From NCBI RefSeq assembly GCF_001194135.2, contig NC_068984.1, positions 142,592,358 through 142,656,357 on the forward strand: DNA of 64,000 nt. Direction: 5' to 3'. The notes under the pieces are model-generated. The model was given only the letters and a program-made list of their open reading frames with translations, was not told the DNA's origin and did not search any database. Source of the DNA: Octopus bimaculoides. Lineage: Eukaryota. Both the position numbers and the translations under genes were made by a program. Below are positions 25,968 to 38,689 of this stretch, piece by piece (position 1 is the stretch's first letter; every line of letters starts with the position of its first letter).

Positions 25968-26382
25968 GCACGCCGGGCGATGTGCTTAGCGGTATTTCGT
26001 CTGTCTTTACGTTCTGAGTTCAAATTCCAACGAGGTTCACTTTCCCTTTTTATCCTTTCGAAATGAATAAATAAATTACAAGTTGAGTACTGGGATCGAT
26101 CTAATAGACTGGCACCAAAATTCCGGGCCTTGTGCCTAGAGTAGAAAATATTGTTTGTATTACATTAAGGCGGTGAGCTGGCAGAATCGTTAGCACGCCG
26201 GGCGATGTGCTTAGCGGTATTTCGTCTGTCTTTACGTTCTGAGTTCAAATTTCGCCAAGGTACACTTTGCCTTTGATCCTTTCGAGGTCGATAAATTGAG
26301 TACCAGTTGAACACTGCGGTCGATGTAATCGACTATCCTACTGTTCCACAATTTCAGGCCTTGTGCCTAAAGCAGAAAAGAT
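25968..26382 (+). mobile_element. SINE family A tandem pair (25968-26150 starting at gap edge; 26166-26382 full)
   Basis: Consensus-like heads, cores and GCCTTGTGCCTA(G/A)AG(T/C)AGAAAA tails. Confidence 0.9.
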
Positions 26383-26821
26383 TATATAGAGACGTACAGC
26401 AGAGGTGTTAGTGTATGAATGTCCGAACATTTGCATCCGCTACAGTTGCAATATCCCTTATTCCCAAGATCATATACGTTTTATGATAATGCTTTTGTCC
26501 AATGTACCAACGTTAACTTAAAACCTATTTCGACAAAATTCCGTCAGAGATAAGGAGACTTTTCACTCTAAAATTGCAAAACTTAATATTGGTTGGCAGT
26601 AATAACAATCGACTTCTCCCGAGTAAATTAGATCTTACATTGCTCTTTCGGTCTTCTTTGCTTATTTCTTGTCTTTCAATCAATTTTATCAATTTACTAC
26701 ATTTGCTTTCTTTCAGCTTCACCTATCGATCTGCCAGATCCATTCTATACACGCCTCTCTCTTTCTCTTCCTATGCCTCACTGTATTACTCTCTCATTCT
26801 CTCTCCCCTTCTCTCTATTTC

Positions 26822-26882
<61 letters not shown>

Positions 26883-27979
26883 TCACATATATAATTACAT
26901 AGAGAGATAAATGACAAACTCATGCGTGCACACCCAGATGCACATATATATAAATATATAAATACATACATATATATAACTATATNNNNNNNNNNNNNNN
27001 NNNNNNNNNNNNNNNNNNNNNNNNNNNNNNNNNNNNNNNNNNNNNNNNNNNNNNNNNNNNNNNNNNNNNNNNNNNNNNNNNNNNNNNNNNNNNNNNNNNN
27101 NNNNNNNNNNNNNNNNNNNNNNNNNNNNNNNNNNNNNNNNNNNNNNNNNNNNNNNNNNNNNNNNNNNNNNNNNNNNNNNNNNNNNNNNNNNNNNNNNNNN
27201 NNNNNNNNNNNNNNNNNNNNNNNNNNNNNNNNNNNNNNNNNNNNNNNNNNNNNNNNNNNNNNNNNNNNNNNNNNNNNNNNNNNNNNNNNNNNNNNNNNNN
27301 NNNNNNNNNNNNNNNNNNNNNNNNNNNNNNNNNNNNNNNNNNNNNNNNNNNNNNNNNNNNNNNNNNNNNNNNNNNNNNNNNNNNNNNNNNNNNNNNNNNN
27401 NNNNNNNNNNNNNNNNNNNNNNNNNNNNNNNNNNNNNNNNNNNNNNNNNNNNNNNNNNNNNNNNNNNNNNNNNNNNNNNNNNNNNNNNNNNNNNNNNNNN
27501 NNNNNNNNNNNNNNNNNNNNNNNNNNNNNNNNNNNNNNNNNNNNNNNNNNNNNNNNNNNNNNNNNNNNNNNNNNNNNNNNNNNNNNNNNNNNNNNNNNNN
27601 NNNNNNNNNNNNNNNNNNNNNNNNNNNNNNNNNNNNNNNNNNNNNNNNNNNNNNNNNNNNNNNNNNNNNNNNNNNNNNNNNNNNNNNNNNNNNNNNNNNN
27701 NNNNNNNNNNNNNNNNNNNNNNNNNNNNNNNNNNNNNNNNNNNNNNNNNNNNNNNNNNNNNNNNNNNNNNNNNNNNNNNNNNNNNNNNNNNNNNNNNNNN
27801 NNNNNNNNNNNNNNNNNNNNNNNNNNNNNNNNNNNNNNNNNNNNNNNNNNNNNNNNNNNNNNNNNNNNNNNNNNNNNNNNNNNNNNNNNNNNNNNNNNNN
27901 NNNNNNNNNNNNNNNNNNNNNNNNNNNNNNNNNNNNNNNNNNNNNNNNNNNNNNNNNNNNNNNNNNNNNNNNNNNNNNN

Positions 27980-28011
<32 letters not shown>

Positions 28012-28121
28012 GTAGGTAGCTTGTTGGGCAGATAGATTTATATATAGCTGGACTGATCGATAGATAGATATAGACATGTATACGTACAGGATTATGTACG
28101 AAGCTGGATAGATAGATAGAT

Positions 28122-28167
<46 letters not shown>

Positions 28168-30289
28168 AAACCGAGATCCACCAATCGTCGTGGATATATA
28201 GTTTGTTGGGTAGCCTAATTGTATGAGGAGTAGAAGGAGTGAAAGATATTTAATCCCAAGAATTCAAAGTGAAGAACTTAGAAAACGAATACGTGAAAGA
28301 AACGGAGAAGAAAAGAAGTAGAAAAGGAATGGAGAAAATGCAAGAACGGTAAGAATGGTGGTTCTTAGAGAGACAATAGCCAATTAGGCTGCCGGCTATA
28401 AATATCGATCTATCAAAACCAGCAGTTCCTGTACTTTAAGATTTCTTCGAAAATCATGTTCTGAATCTTTAACGGTGCTATAGTTGCTGCTGCTGGGCTT
28501 GTATAGTTGGAAGCAGTGATTTGGTAAATCGTGCAGTCAGATGGCGCAAACTATATGTATAATGCACATTTACAGTAGCATAGATTAGCAACATTTTACT
28601 CACGGCCCATTAAAGACTTAGTATGATTTCGGGCTAAAACCAGGCGGTTTCCCCTTCATAATACATCATTTAGTTGTTCGTTGATTTGCTGCAAATAATC
28701 TCCAGACGGTAAGTGCTGCATGTCCGGGGTGAAAGCGTACTTGCTTTTAAGTCGCCTTAAGCGCGTACAGAGGAAGATTTATCCCTCATACGCACACATG
28801 TATACGTGCAAATGTAATACATACAGACTTGACTGCATTATATTCACATACATACATCCGCATACACACATGTGTGTGTACATATGTATATATATATATA
28901 TNNNNNNNNNNNNNNNNNNNNNNNNNNNNNNNNNNNNNNNNNNNNNNNNNNNNNNNNNNNNNNNNNNNNNNNNNNNNNNNNNNNNNNNNNNNNNNNNNNN
29001 NNNNNNNNNNNNNNNNNNNNNNNNNNNNNNNNNNNNNNNNNNNNNNNNNNNNNNNNNNNNNNNNNNNNNNNNNNNNNNNNNNNNNNNNNNNNNNNNNNNN
29101 NNNNNNNNNNNNNNNNNNNNNNNNNNNNNNNNNNNNNNNNNNNNNNNNNNNNNNNNNNNNNNNNNNNNNNNNNNNNNNNNNNNNNNNNNNNNNNNNNNNN
29201 NNNNNNNNNNNNNNNNNNNNNNNNNNNNNNNNNNNNNNNNNNNNNNNNNNNNNNNNNNNNNNNNNNNNNNNNNNNNNNNNNNNNNNNNNNNNNNNNNNNN
29301 NNNNNNNNNNNNNNNNNNNNNNNNNNNNNNNNNNNNNNNNNNNNNNNNNNNNNNNNNNNNNNNNNNNNNNNNNNNNNNNNNNNNNNNNNNNNNNNNNNNN
29401 NNNNNNNNNNNNNNNNNNNNNNNNNNNNNNNNNNNNNNNNNNNNNNNNNNNNNNNNNNNNNNNNNNNNNNNNNNNNNNNNNNNNNNNNNNNNNNNNNNNN
29501 NNNNNNNNNNNNNNNNNNNNNNNNNNNNNNNNNNNNNNNNNNNNNNNNNNNNNNNNNNNNNNNNNNNNNNNNNNNNNNNNNNNNNNNNNNNNNNNNNNNN
29601 NNNNNNNNNNNNNNNNNNNNNNTATATATGTATGTATCTATATATGTACGTATATATTTATGTAGATGTATAAATGCATATTTGTGTATAGATATATTAT
29701 ACTCACCCAAAAATATAAATGCTTTATTATTCTCTGTAATGTATGTATGTATGTATGTATGTATGTATGTATGTATGTATGTATGTATCTATCTATCTAT
29801 CTATCTATCTACCTATTTATCCGTCCATCACTCTATCTACCTTTCTGTGTGCATGTGTACGTGTGCCTGTCGCTTTTAATATGTGATTATTGACTTCATT
29901 TCGCACTGCGAAATTTCGTTTCGACCCACGAGTATTACACTTTGGGCAAGTCTTAAAAGTAGCGACCAGTGTGACTCAGAGAGTGAAAATTAATATACGT
30001 TGTAAATCTGTATTCGTGACACAAACATCTCTCTCTCTCTCTTTGTCTATCTCTGTCTCTCTCTCTCTCTCTCTCCGTGTATACACACACTCACACACAT
30101 ATATATACATATATCCTTACTCGTGAGTGTGCACATATATATATATATGTGTGTACACACTCACAAGTAAGCACATAAATGCAAAACAAGGCGGGAAGTT
30201 AGTACTCGAATACTGAGGGTAGAGTGTCTTCGGTAATTCCACGTAAAATATCTTATGGAATTCAATACAACACCCTTTGGAAACTCCAG

Positions 30290-30700
30290 TAGAATCCCTG
30301 ATAGCAGAAGTATTGTTTCTGGCATTCTTACTACAACATCACATCAGGAGACAAATAATTTCATCAGACATTGCACTCCTGTGCGAAAGAGGACCACTTC
30401 TGGGTTGTTCAATTTTCTCGATGGCCATGTCGTACTCCGCATCATTTTCGTTGTTGATGTTATTTCTCATTCCCTTCAGAAAATGAGATTTTTATGCAAT
30501 CGAGAATTGCCATTCCTATCAATTGTGGCAGCCGTTGCCACCAAGTAGTTGAATTGGTTCACATTTATATTTCATGTCTTGATTTTCCAGAAAACTCCTT
30601 TCGCTCTGGGAGGACGGTTTCAGTTTTGATTTACAAGTTTTGTTGTGGTGTGAAATGAACCTATAATAGAAGCTGTATGTTTAATTTTTCTAGCAATATC
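30290..30700 (-). mobile_element. Possible heavily decayed LINE RT C-terminal fragment
   Basis: Broken frames give IKTETV and NVNQFNYLVA, reminiscent of KTExM and VxxFxYLG in RTE/CR1 RT. The match is weak. Confidence 0.35.
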
Positions 30701-30974
30701 ACCTTCATAGTTTTAGAATCATTCGTAAAACACAGGTGTACGAGCGATACGGTACATGCTTAATGCTTTATTAGCTGTACAGGTGCATCTTTGACGAACG
30801 GGTGAGTTAAAACGGGAGATGTAGGCTTCTTTGGCGGAATGCCGGAAACTAACGTCGCATAGTTGTATGTTGTGTCCGAGAGAAGAGTTTTCTTAACTGA
30901 GAGGTCATGGGTGGTGTTAGAGTATTTGTCCAAAAAATACATTATATTCCACATCATATTCTACACTACAAGCA

Positions 30975-31013
30975 GCAACACCCCAACTACCACTACTGCT
31001 GCTACTATTACTA

Positions 31014-31062
<49 letters not shown>

Positions 31063-31179
31063 GCTGCTACTGCTACTGCTGCTGCTACTGCTACTGCTTC
31101 TTCTTCTTCTTCTTTTTCTACTACTACTACTACTACATATTACTAATTCTTGTACTGCCACCACTGCCACCACCACCAG

Positions 31180-31221
<42 letters not shown>

Positions 31222-31280
31222 CATATTACTACTACTTGTACTGCCACCACTACAACCACCAACACTACCACCACCACCAG

Positions 31281-31331
<51 letters not shown>

Positions 31332-31335
31332 GTTC
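30975..31335. repeat. (CTA)n/(CCA)n/(CTG)n trinucleotide array
   Basis: Direct reading. Confidence 0.95.
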
Positions 31336-31634
31336 TATTGCCATGAAATGGGAATTTAAATGAAGCTTTGCTTCTGCTGTGACCACCTACCACCTCCCTT
31401 TCCAAACGCCCCAACCCCTTCCACTCCCGTCCCACCCGTNNNNNNNNNNNNNNNNNNNNNNNNNNNNNNNNNNNNNNNNNNNNNNNNNNTCCCTCCCTCA
31501 TATATTTAGCAACGGGGAAATATATTTCATAGATGTGTCTTATTGATTTCAGTTCAATTTATTTATTTAGGAGACAGCGTTCACGTTTTAATCAGAATGC
31601 AAAACATGCGCCGAAACAGTGGAGTCGGCAGGGT

Positions 31635-31802
31635 GAAGAGAGGGGAACAGGAGGGAGAGGTACAGAGAGAGAGGGGGAGAGGGAGAGGGAGAATGAGAGA
31701 GAGACGGGGGAGAGTAACGAAGAGAGAGAGAGGAGGGAGAGATCGACAGAGATAGTAACAGAGATAGAGGAGGGAGAGAGAGAGAGTAACAAAGAGAGAG
31801 TG

Positions 31803-31836
<34 letters not shown>

Positions 31837-32270
31837 CGGGGAAGAGTAACAAAGAGAAAGAGGAGGGAGAGAAACCAACAGAGAGAGGAGCAGAGAGATA
31901 GTTACAGAGAGAGGGCGAGTAACAGAGAGATAGAGAGAGATAGCAGCAAAAAGAGAGAGATAGAGGAGGGAGAAAGTAACAGAGAGAGAGAGAGAGAAAG
32001 AAAAAGGGAGGGAGAGAGAGAGAGAGAGAGAGAGGGGAGAGGGAAAGAGGACATTGTTGAGGAAAGGTAGATTGGAGTAATATAAAAAAGGGAAAGTAAT
32101 TGATAGAGAGAGAGATGGAGGTGAAGCAAGGGGATAGAGAACGATATAGAGAATCGTGTATAGCGTCAGAGAGTGCGAAAGAGAGATGGACTGAGAGAAA
32201 GGGAGGAAGAGAGAGGGAGAGAGAGATAAGGAAAGAATTGCAGTGAAAAGAAAAAGAGGAAGGAGCGATT
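31635..32270 (+). repeat. Polypurine (GA)-rich tract with recurring GAGTAACA/GAGACGGGG submotifs
   Basis: Direct reading. Confidence 0.9.
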
Positions 32271-32442
32271 TAATGAGAAGGGAGGGGTAGGTGTTAATTG
32301 GTGCAATGTGATGTGAATTTATAAATGGGAAAGGAGAAATTTTACGTACAGAATTATGTAAAATTATGTAAAACAATAATCGCGGAGATACGCAGAAACA
32401 CATGCTTCGATAAAATTATACCTATATATATATGTGGGGGTA

Positions 32443-32790
32443 CAATGGGCAGCGGACTCGCGGTCATAGGACCGGGGTTTCGATTCCCAGACCGGGCGTT
32501 CTGAGTGTTTATTGAGCGAAAACACCTAAATCTCAGCGAGGTTCCGGCAGCCGGTGGTGGCGAACCCTGCTGTATTCTTTCTCTCAGTCTTTCTTCCTGT
32601 TTCAGTTGTACCTGTTTTTCTAAGGGCTTGGCTTGTCACACTCTGTGTCACGCTGAATCTCTCCGAGAACTACGTTAAGGGAACGCGTGTCGGTAGGGTG
32701 CTCAACTACTTGCACGTTAATTTCAAGAGCAGGCTGTTCCGTTAATCGGATCAACTGGAACAATCGTCGTTATAAACGACGAAGAGCCAG
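32443..32790 (+). mobile_element. SINE family C variant (different head and linker, same 3' body)
   Basis: B-box GGTTTCGATTCCC. The 3' body GAACTACGTTAAGGG...GTTAATTTCAAGAGCAGGCTGTT...ATCAACTGGA is shared with 14150-14290. Confidence 0.8.
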
Positions 32791-33436
32791 GACACTAACC
32801 ACATCTACTAATATTTAGGACTTCAGATTGTCTCTGGAACAATTCTTTACATTCATTCGCCAATGATGAAATAAAACTCAAATTTTTGTAGTTTTATTTG
32901 TTATTCGCACTGATAATAATTTTCCTTATCAAAATTAATATTTTCCTTACCAAAATCTGTTTTTGTATGTATGTTTCTCATTTTGTAAGTTGACACAATG
33001 TCTGCACGTTTAATTTTCATATTGTCAGCTATTTTAAAAAAATCTATTTTCGTGTATGAAAATAATCGTAAACGTGTTTGTTTCCTTATTAACTTTCTTA
33101 CGACGACCACTGTAGCCAGCATTTCACCCTGCTGCTTCCAAAACGGTCATCATGCAATGGAAAGGAAAAGATGTAAATTGTTATTCTCCAAAGATTTATA
33201 GTTAGTCTGAAATACCTAAGAAAAAAGAAGAAGAAAAATCCTTTCTTCCTCGTCAGGTGATGTGGTGGACCCTTAAATAATCCAAAACACTTCTGTTAGT
33301 AAAACGCAATTAAAAAAACAAAAAAAAACCCCACGCTTTCCTTCGGGTAATCTCGTTAAAATTTACTTTGTCACGAGATCTTTGGCATAGATGTCCGTTC
33401 TCTTGAACATTCAACTACAACAAACAGCAGCAATAA

Positions 33437-33503
<67 letters not shown>

Positions 33504-34399
33504 CTCAACAACAAGAAGAGCAATGATGATGGTGATAGTAAACGCAAGAGAAGAAAGTAGTAGGGGTGAAATGAAAGAAGAGGAGTCGATATGAAAATAA
33601 ATGGGAAGAAAACGATAAGCAAGGAAAACAAGTTGATGATGTGACAGAAGATGGAGATAACAATTCAAGGTAGAAAAAAAAAACAAAGAAATATGTGAGA
33701 ATATAAAAAGTCAAAGCCAGGAAGATAAGAAGGAAGAGGCTTTCGATAGGAAAAGGTAGGCGAGAGGGTAAGTTGAGGAATTCGATACTGATGAGAATGC
33801 GAAGGGAGAACCGGTGGTACAGGGGTTAGAGTAGGAGAGTTAATGTTGTAAATGATGACTATAGTAGTGATGATGATGGTGACAAAAAAAAAAGCCAGCG
33901 AAATGAAACAAAAGAGAACATGCTACAAGGCATAACATCTGATATCATTAAGGGTAGAATATAAAAACAATTATGAAAAGCAGAAGAAAAATATGAAGAA
34001 CATTAAATAAGAAGTCGAACCTGGCAACAAACTTCACCAAATTGAAACAGGCAATTGTCACTGGTGTTTCGTTTGAAAGGAGCAGACGTTAATGTGCGAC
34101 AATAAACGGTAGGGAGTGATGGGTGGGGTATAGGTGAGGGCAGTGATAAGTCGGGTGGATAGAGATATTTTAAAGATTATCGCTGAAAGAAGAAGGGTGG
34201 GAGGAACGAGAGTGGACAGGGATATTTGAGGGGGTAGTGGTGGTCTGGGTGGTTGTGTGAGATGTTTGATTTAGGGGGTGCGTTGAGAATTTGGGAGTTG
34301 CAGATTGTCTTCGTGATTGGAATGTGTTACGTGTTTGTTTTGGAGGATGGACGAAGGAAGAGGTGTAGGAGGAGGGGGTAAATGCAATGGAATAGCAAC

Positions 34400-34920
34400 A
34401 AAACTTAGTAAATGTTGAAAGAATAAGAAAAAAAAAATGAAAGAAGAAAAAGAAAAGGAGAAAGAAGTAGATGGGAAGGAAGAAGAGGGAAAAGACGAAA
34501 GGGAGGAAGGCGATAAAGAGGTAAGGAGGAGGAGGGGAAGAGGAGGAGAAAGAGGAAGAGGATAATGAAGAAGGGGATGAAGGGGAGGCGAAGAAAAGGT
34601 GGAAGAAAGGGAGGAGGAGGAGGAGGAGGAGGGGTGTAAAGAAGATGAAGAAGACGAAGACGAAATTTAAAATAAAGGACAGGAATAGGAGAAGAAAAGA
34701 GGGAAAAGAACAAATGATGAAATGGAGGCTTATGAGAAAGAGATGAAGGATAATGAAAGAAAGAATGAATGAAAACGAGGTGAGGAAGAGAGAAAGGCGA
34801 GAACAAGGAGAGGAAATGAAAGAAACGAAGGTGACTTACGAGTAGATTATGGCGAAAGAATGACATTTACCAATGAAATTAGCAGAGAATGAAGTGATGA
34901 AGGAGAAGAAGGAAAGCTGA
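34400..34920 (+). repeat. Polypurine GAA/GGA low-complexity tract
   Basis: Direct reading. Confidence 0.9.
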
Positions 34921-36465
34921 ATGAAAATACTGGCAGAGAATTTATAGCGTTAATATAAAGGTATGTCTGAGATGATCTGTATCAGAAAAACTAGAAATCA
35001 ATAATGTTTCGTAGAAACAAGATGGCGAAAACAAGATATTATTTACAATAGGGAAAGAATTATGAAGAATGTGAAAGTCATTGAATATGAAAACGGAAGA
35101 GGATGAATGATAGGAAGACAAAAAAAAGAAACGAGGACGTTTGGATGAAATTTGAACACAGGAAGAATACAAGTGAGTAGAATATTGAAAAATAAAAGTT
35201 AGACAAATTGCCATTGAAATAAATAAACGAAAAATTCATTAAAAAATATACAAATGAAGGAAGTCATCAATTAAGTATGGAAGTTTAAATCAAGAAAGTT
35301 AAGTGAATGTAACGAGCCCAGAAGAATTTTTATTCCCTTGAAATTAAATTTGTTACGCGAAGGAAATTTATTGTGGTTATAACTTTAATTCGTTGCGAAA
35401 TCTTCAGCTTTATCTCAATGTAAATAGGAAACGTTGCTGAAAAAAGTTGGTTTAAAGCCCCACCAAATATCAATTTGATTTTAAACCTATTCCCTATTTT
35501 TTCAAGTGGGAGCTCCATAATTGCTTGCATTATTTCCAAAGTGTTCCCTAGTATCGAAGTTCTCCCTCATATTGTATGTGTGTGTGTATGTATGTATGTA
35601 TGTATGTATGTATGTATGTATGTATATATGTCTGCATGAATGTATGTATATATGTGTGTATTTATGCATGTATATATATCTATTTATCTATATATCTCTA
35701 TACACTCACACATAAATACACACACACATACATATATATATTTGTATGTGCGTGTCTGTGTGTGCGTGGTATCTTTTATCATTTACTCGTTTCAGCGAGA
35801 GGTTGGGGCCATGCTATAGCATCGCACATCAGTGTTTTGGGTTCTCCTTTCGGTACTGCTTATGTATATATATAATTATGTGTTTAGCTATGGTAGGGGC
35901 TGACACAAGTTTGACACTCACAGTGTGCCTCATTATGGGCATTGTTAGATGAATACTCTGGAGGCTACACGAATGATTTGTCCCGATATATCCGGCTGCT
36001 GATAGAGCCATAACTCGGCTGATCACATGAAAAAGCTGTTTCTAAACCGTGATTTTAACTGGATAATTCATTGATTCAGTCACTAATCTTGCTGCACAAT
36101 GAGCGTGGCGCTTATATCGCTGCACCGTGGCGCTTATATCGTGGCACTTATATCGCTGCCTATTACCATATTTCATTTAAATGTTTACTGTCGATGTCAT
36201 TACTATATTTCATACTTACTCTAGTGTGTCTAGTTCATAATTTCTTAATTATGCCTAAGTTTATGTTTGATATCATGTTATTATGTACGTTTCTTTATCT
36301 AGCATATCAATGGCTTTTATTAATTAATTTTTCGCTCATAAAGTCTCTATTGCGGCGTTTTCCCGAACCAAATTCTTAATAAATTCGTGAGTTTGTCAGT
36401 GTACACTGTATGTAATAATGACGTCTGTAGTTTTCCATCTGTATTATGTATTATGTGGCCATTAA

Positions 36466-37330
36466 TATCTTTCATCTTTTATCTTTCACTGGTTTCAGCC
36501 AGAGGCTGAGGCCATACTGCAGCACCACCTATCAGTGTGTTTGGTTTTCTTTTCTGTACTGTTTCTGGTGAAGTAAGGAGTTGGACGGAACTGTTCTTTA
36601 TCGTCCCTCCGACAATGTAGGCTCATCTGATATCTCAGATAAAATTTTGTACACGCCCTTTTTGAAGGCTTCCACATCTACAGATTGTTTGGCAGAATGT
36701 TGAGCAGTTGTGAACCTTTGAAATTACAAGCTGTTACAGTACTAGCTCCTTATTCTTGATGGAGAAAACGGGATCTTTTGTACTATGCCGTGTCGTCTGG
36801 TTCGGCAATCGGTATAGCTTTCAATTCCAAAGTAGGGAACTAGACTTTCCAGGATCTTCCATATGCATATCACAGCATATATTGGACGCCTTCTCTCTAG
36901 GGAGCAAATCCTCAGTTCCTTTAGCGTCTCTCAGCGATTCATCTGCTGTACAGAGTCAATCTTCTTTGTATAGAGGCGCTGGATTGACTTAAGTTCCGCC
37001 ACCGTCTTGACGTTCTGCGGTGACCACATTTGAGACCAGTAATCCATACAACTAAGAACAAAAGTTGTTTATAGGAATAGCATGGTATCCTTTTTCGAGG
37101 TTCTTAATGATCCCAGAGATTGTAAATATTCTTGATTGTCTTCCTTTAGCATTTGTACTTGGCCCTTGCTTTTTTAAACTTGTTTAAATACGTTTACACA
37201 ATATAAACATAAGAATAATAAGACGTTCTCATAATTCCTCGTTTTATTGGGCTCTGGAACACTATTTGTCATTTATCCATGAAATGATTGATGTACCTAC
37301 TTGCTATTCGTATTACCTTATTCACCGATA
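36466..37330 (-). mobile_element. CR1-type LINE 3' end (post-RT ORF2 C-terminus, 3' UTR and tail), decayed; may extend to about 37700
   Basis: Minus strand reads TTFVLSCMDYWSQMWSPQNVKTVAELKSIQRLYTKKIDSVQQM...LKELRICSLERRR...QLLNILPNNL...VEAFKKGV...ISDEPT...SNSLLHQ, typical of the CR1 C-terminus. It ends in (AAAGAT)-like repeats. Confidence 0.85.
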
Positions 37331-37979
37331 ATATTCCCACAACCTATTAGTGGAAGGCACTACTAACAACCACCTAATTGTTAACCCAAGTCCTGCGCAT
37401 TTTACGCTTTTTCTTTGGATCTTCATCATCGGGTGTTTTGTTGCTGTTCTTTTTTTTTCTGGTGTATCTAAGTAATGGCCTTCTACCTTCCATCGTATCT
37501 TGCACTTAATTATAACATTCTCAGCTAATTCGATCGCCTTGCTTTGTATACTCTCCAGACTTTATCCCACACGTGTAAGGAGACCACTCCCTATCCTTTC
37601 TGTTACTGATACAGTGCCCCCTTTTCTCTTTGGAGTTTGCTGGGCAGCATGTATCACCTGGATTCGGATACTTCCGACTGATATCTTTCCTTCTTATATC
37701 GGTGTTATTCACCAGACTTCTCATTTTCTTCGCTTGCCAAACCTTCCTTCTTACAACATAATCTATTGGAACAGTTCCCTCAATTAGAAGGCATTATATT
37801 TCTTGGTCGTCCTTCCTAAAAAGTATCCCTTCGGTCAGCCCCTTCCTCCGTGTCTGTGACTACTGACATATTACAAAACAAGATTGATTTCTCATTTTCT
37901 CAGACTTTTCTGTGCTATGCCTAGACCGGTTTTCTGTTGGCATTCCATAGTGTTGTGTTTTTTTCTTTTTGGTTGAATT

Positions 37980-38153
37980 TGTTGCTATGGCTGTTGTGGT
38001 TGTGGTTGTTGTGGTTGTTGTTGTGGATGTTGTTTTTATTGTTGTTGTTGTTGTTCTTCTTCTTCTTCTTCTTCTTCGTCTTTTCTTCTTCTTCTTCTTC
38101 TTCTCTTCTTTCTCTTCTTTCTTTTCCTCCTCCTCCTCCTCCTCCTTCTTCTT

Positions 38154-38230
<77 letters not shown>

Positions 38231-38310
38231 CATCATTATTATTAGTAGTAGTAGTACAGCTTTTACTACATTGACAAAAAGTAGAAAACCAAGAAGAAGA
38301 AGAAGGCAAC
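37980..38310. repeat. Compound (GTT)(CTT)(CCT)(TTA)(GTA) array
   Basis: Direct reading. Confidence 0.95.
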
Positions 38311-38689
38311 AGAAAAGTAGAAGAATGTGTTAGAATTAGCATAGTACGTTTTGTTAATGTGTGAATGAAAGAATGAAATTGATACAGAAATTTGAAATAT
38401 CACATTGTAAGAAAATAAAAAAGACAAAAAAAACATGGCGACATTTCGGTGAGTGACAACGAAATTGTCGTGAAACAGAAGTTGGGAGGACGCCATCTTT
38501 GTTTTATTTATATTTGATTTAATTCCGTTTTAAGAATAATATTCTGTTTGTTTACCATTTAGACAGATTCTTTTTTGTTGTTGCTATTGTTTATTGATTA
38601 ACTTTATTAGGTAGCTCATTTATTGTGCCACCCCTCTCCCCACATACCCACTGTGCACCCTTAATCAGCATACTGCCGTAATATGTATT

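Noticed and set aside
28690-28720. GTAAGT splice donor suggesting an exon
   Set aside because: No matching acceptor or coding frame; such hexamers occur by chance.
25216-29879. Long ORFs containing X runs (also 1870, 9488, 17517, 43226, 45003, 50869, 55596, 62233)
   Set aside because: Artefacts of reading through N gaps.
36104-36160. Three copies of CGTGGCGCTTATATCG
   Set aside because: Local slippage duplication with no further structure.
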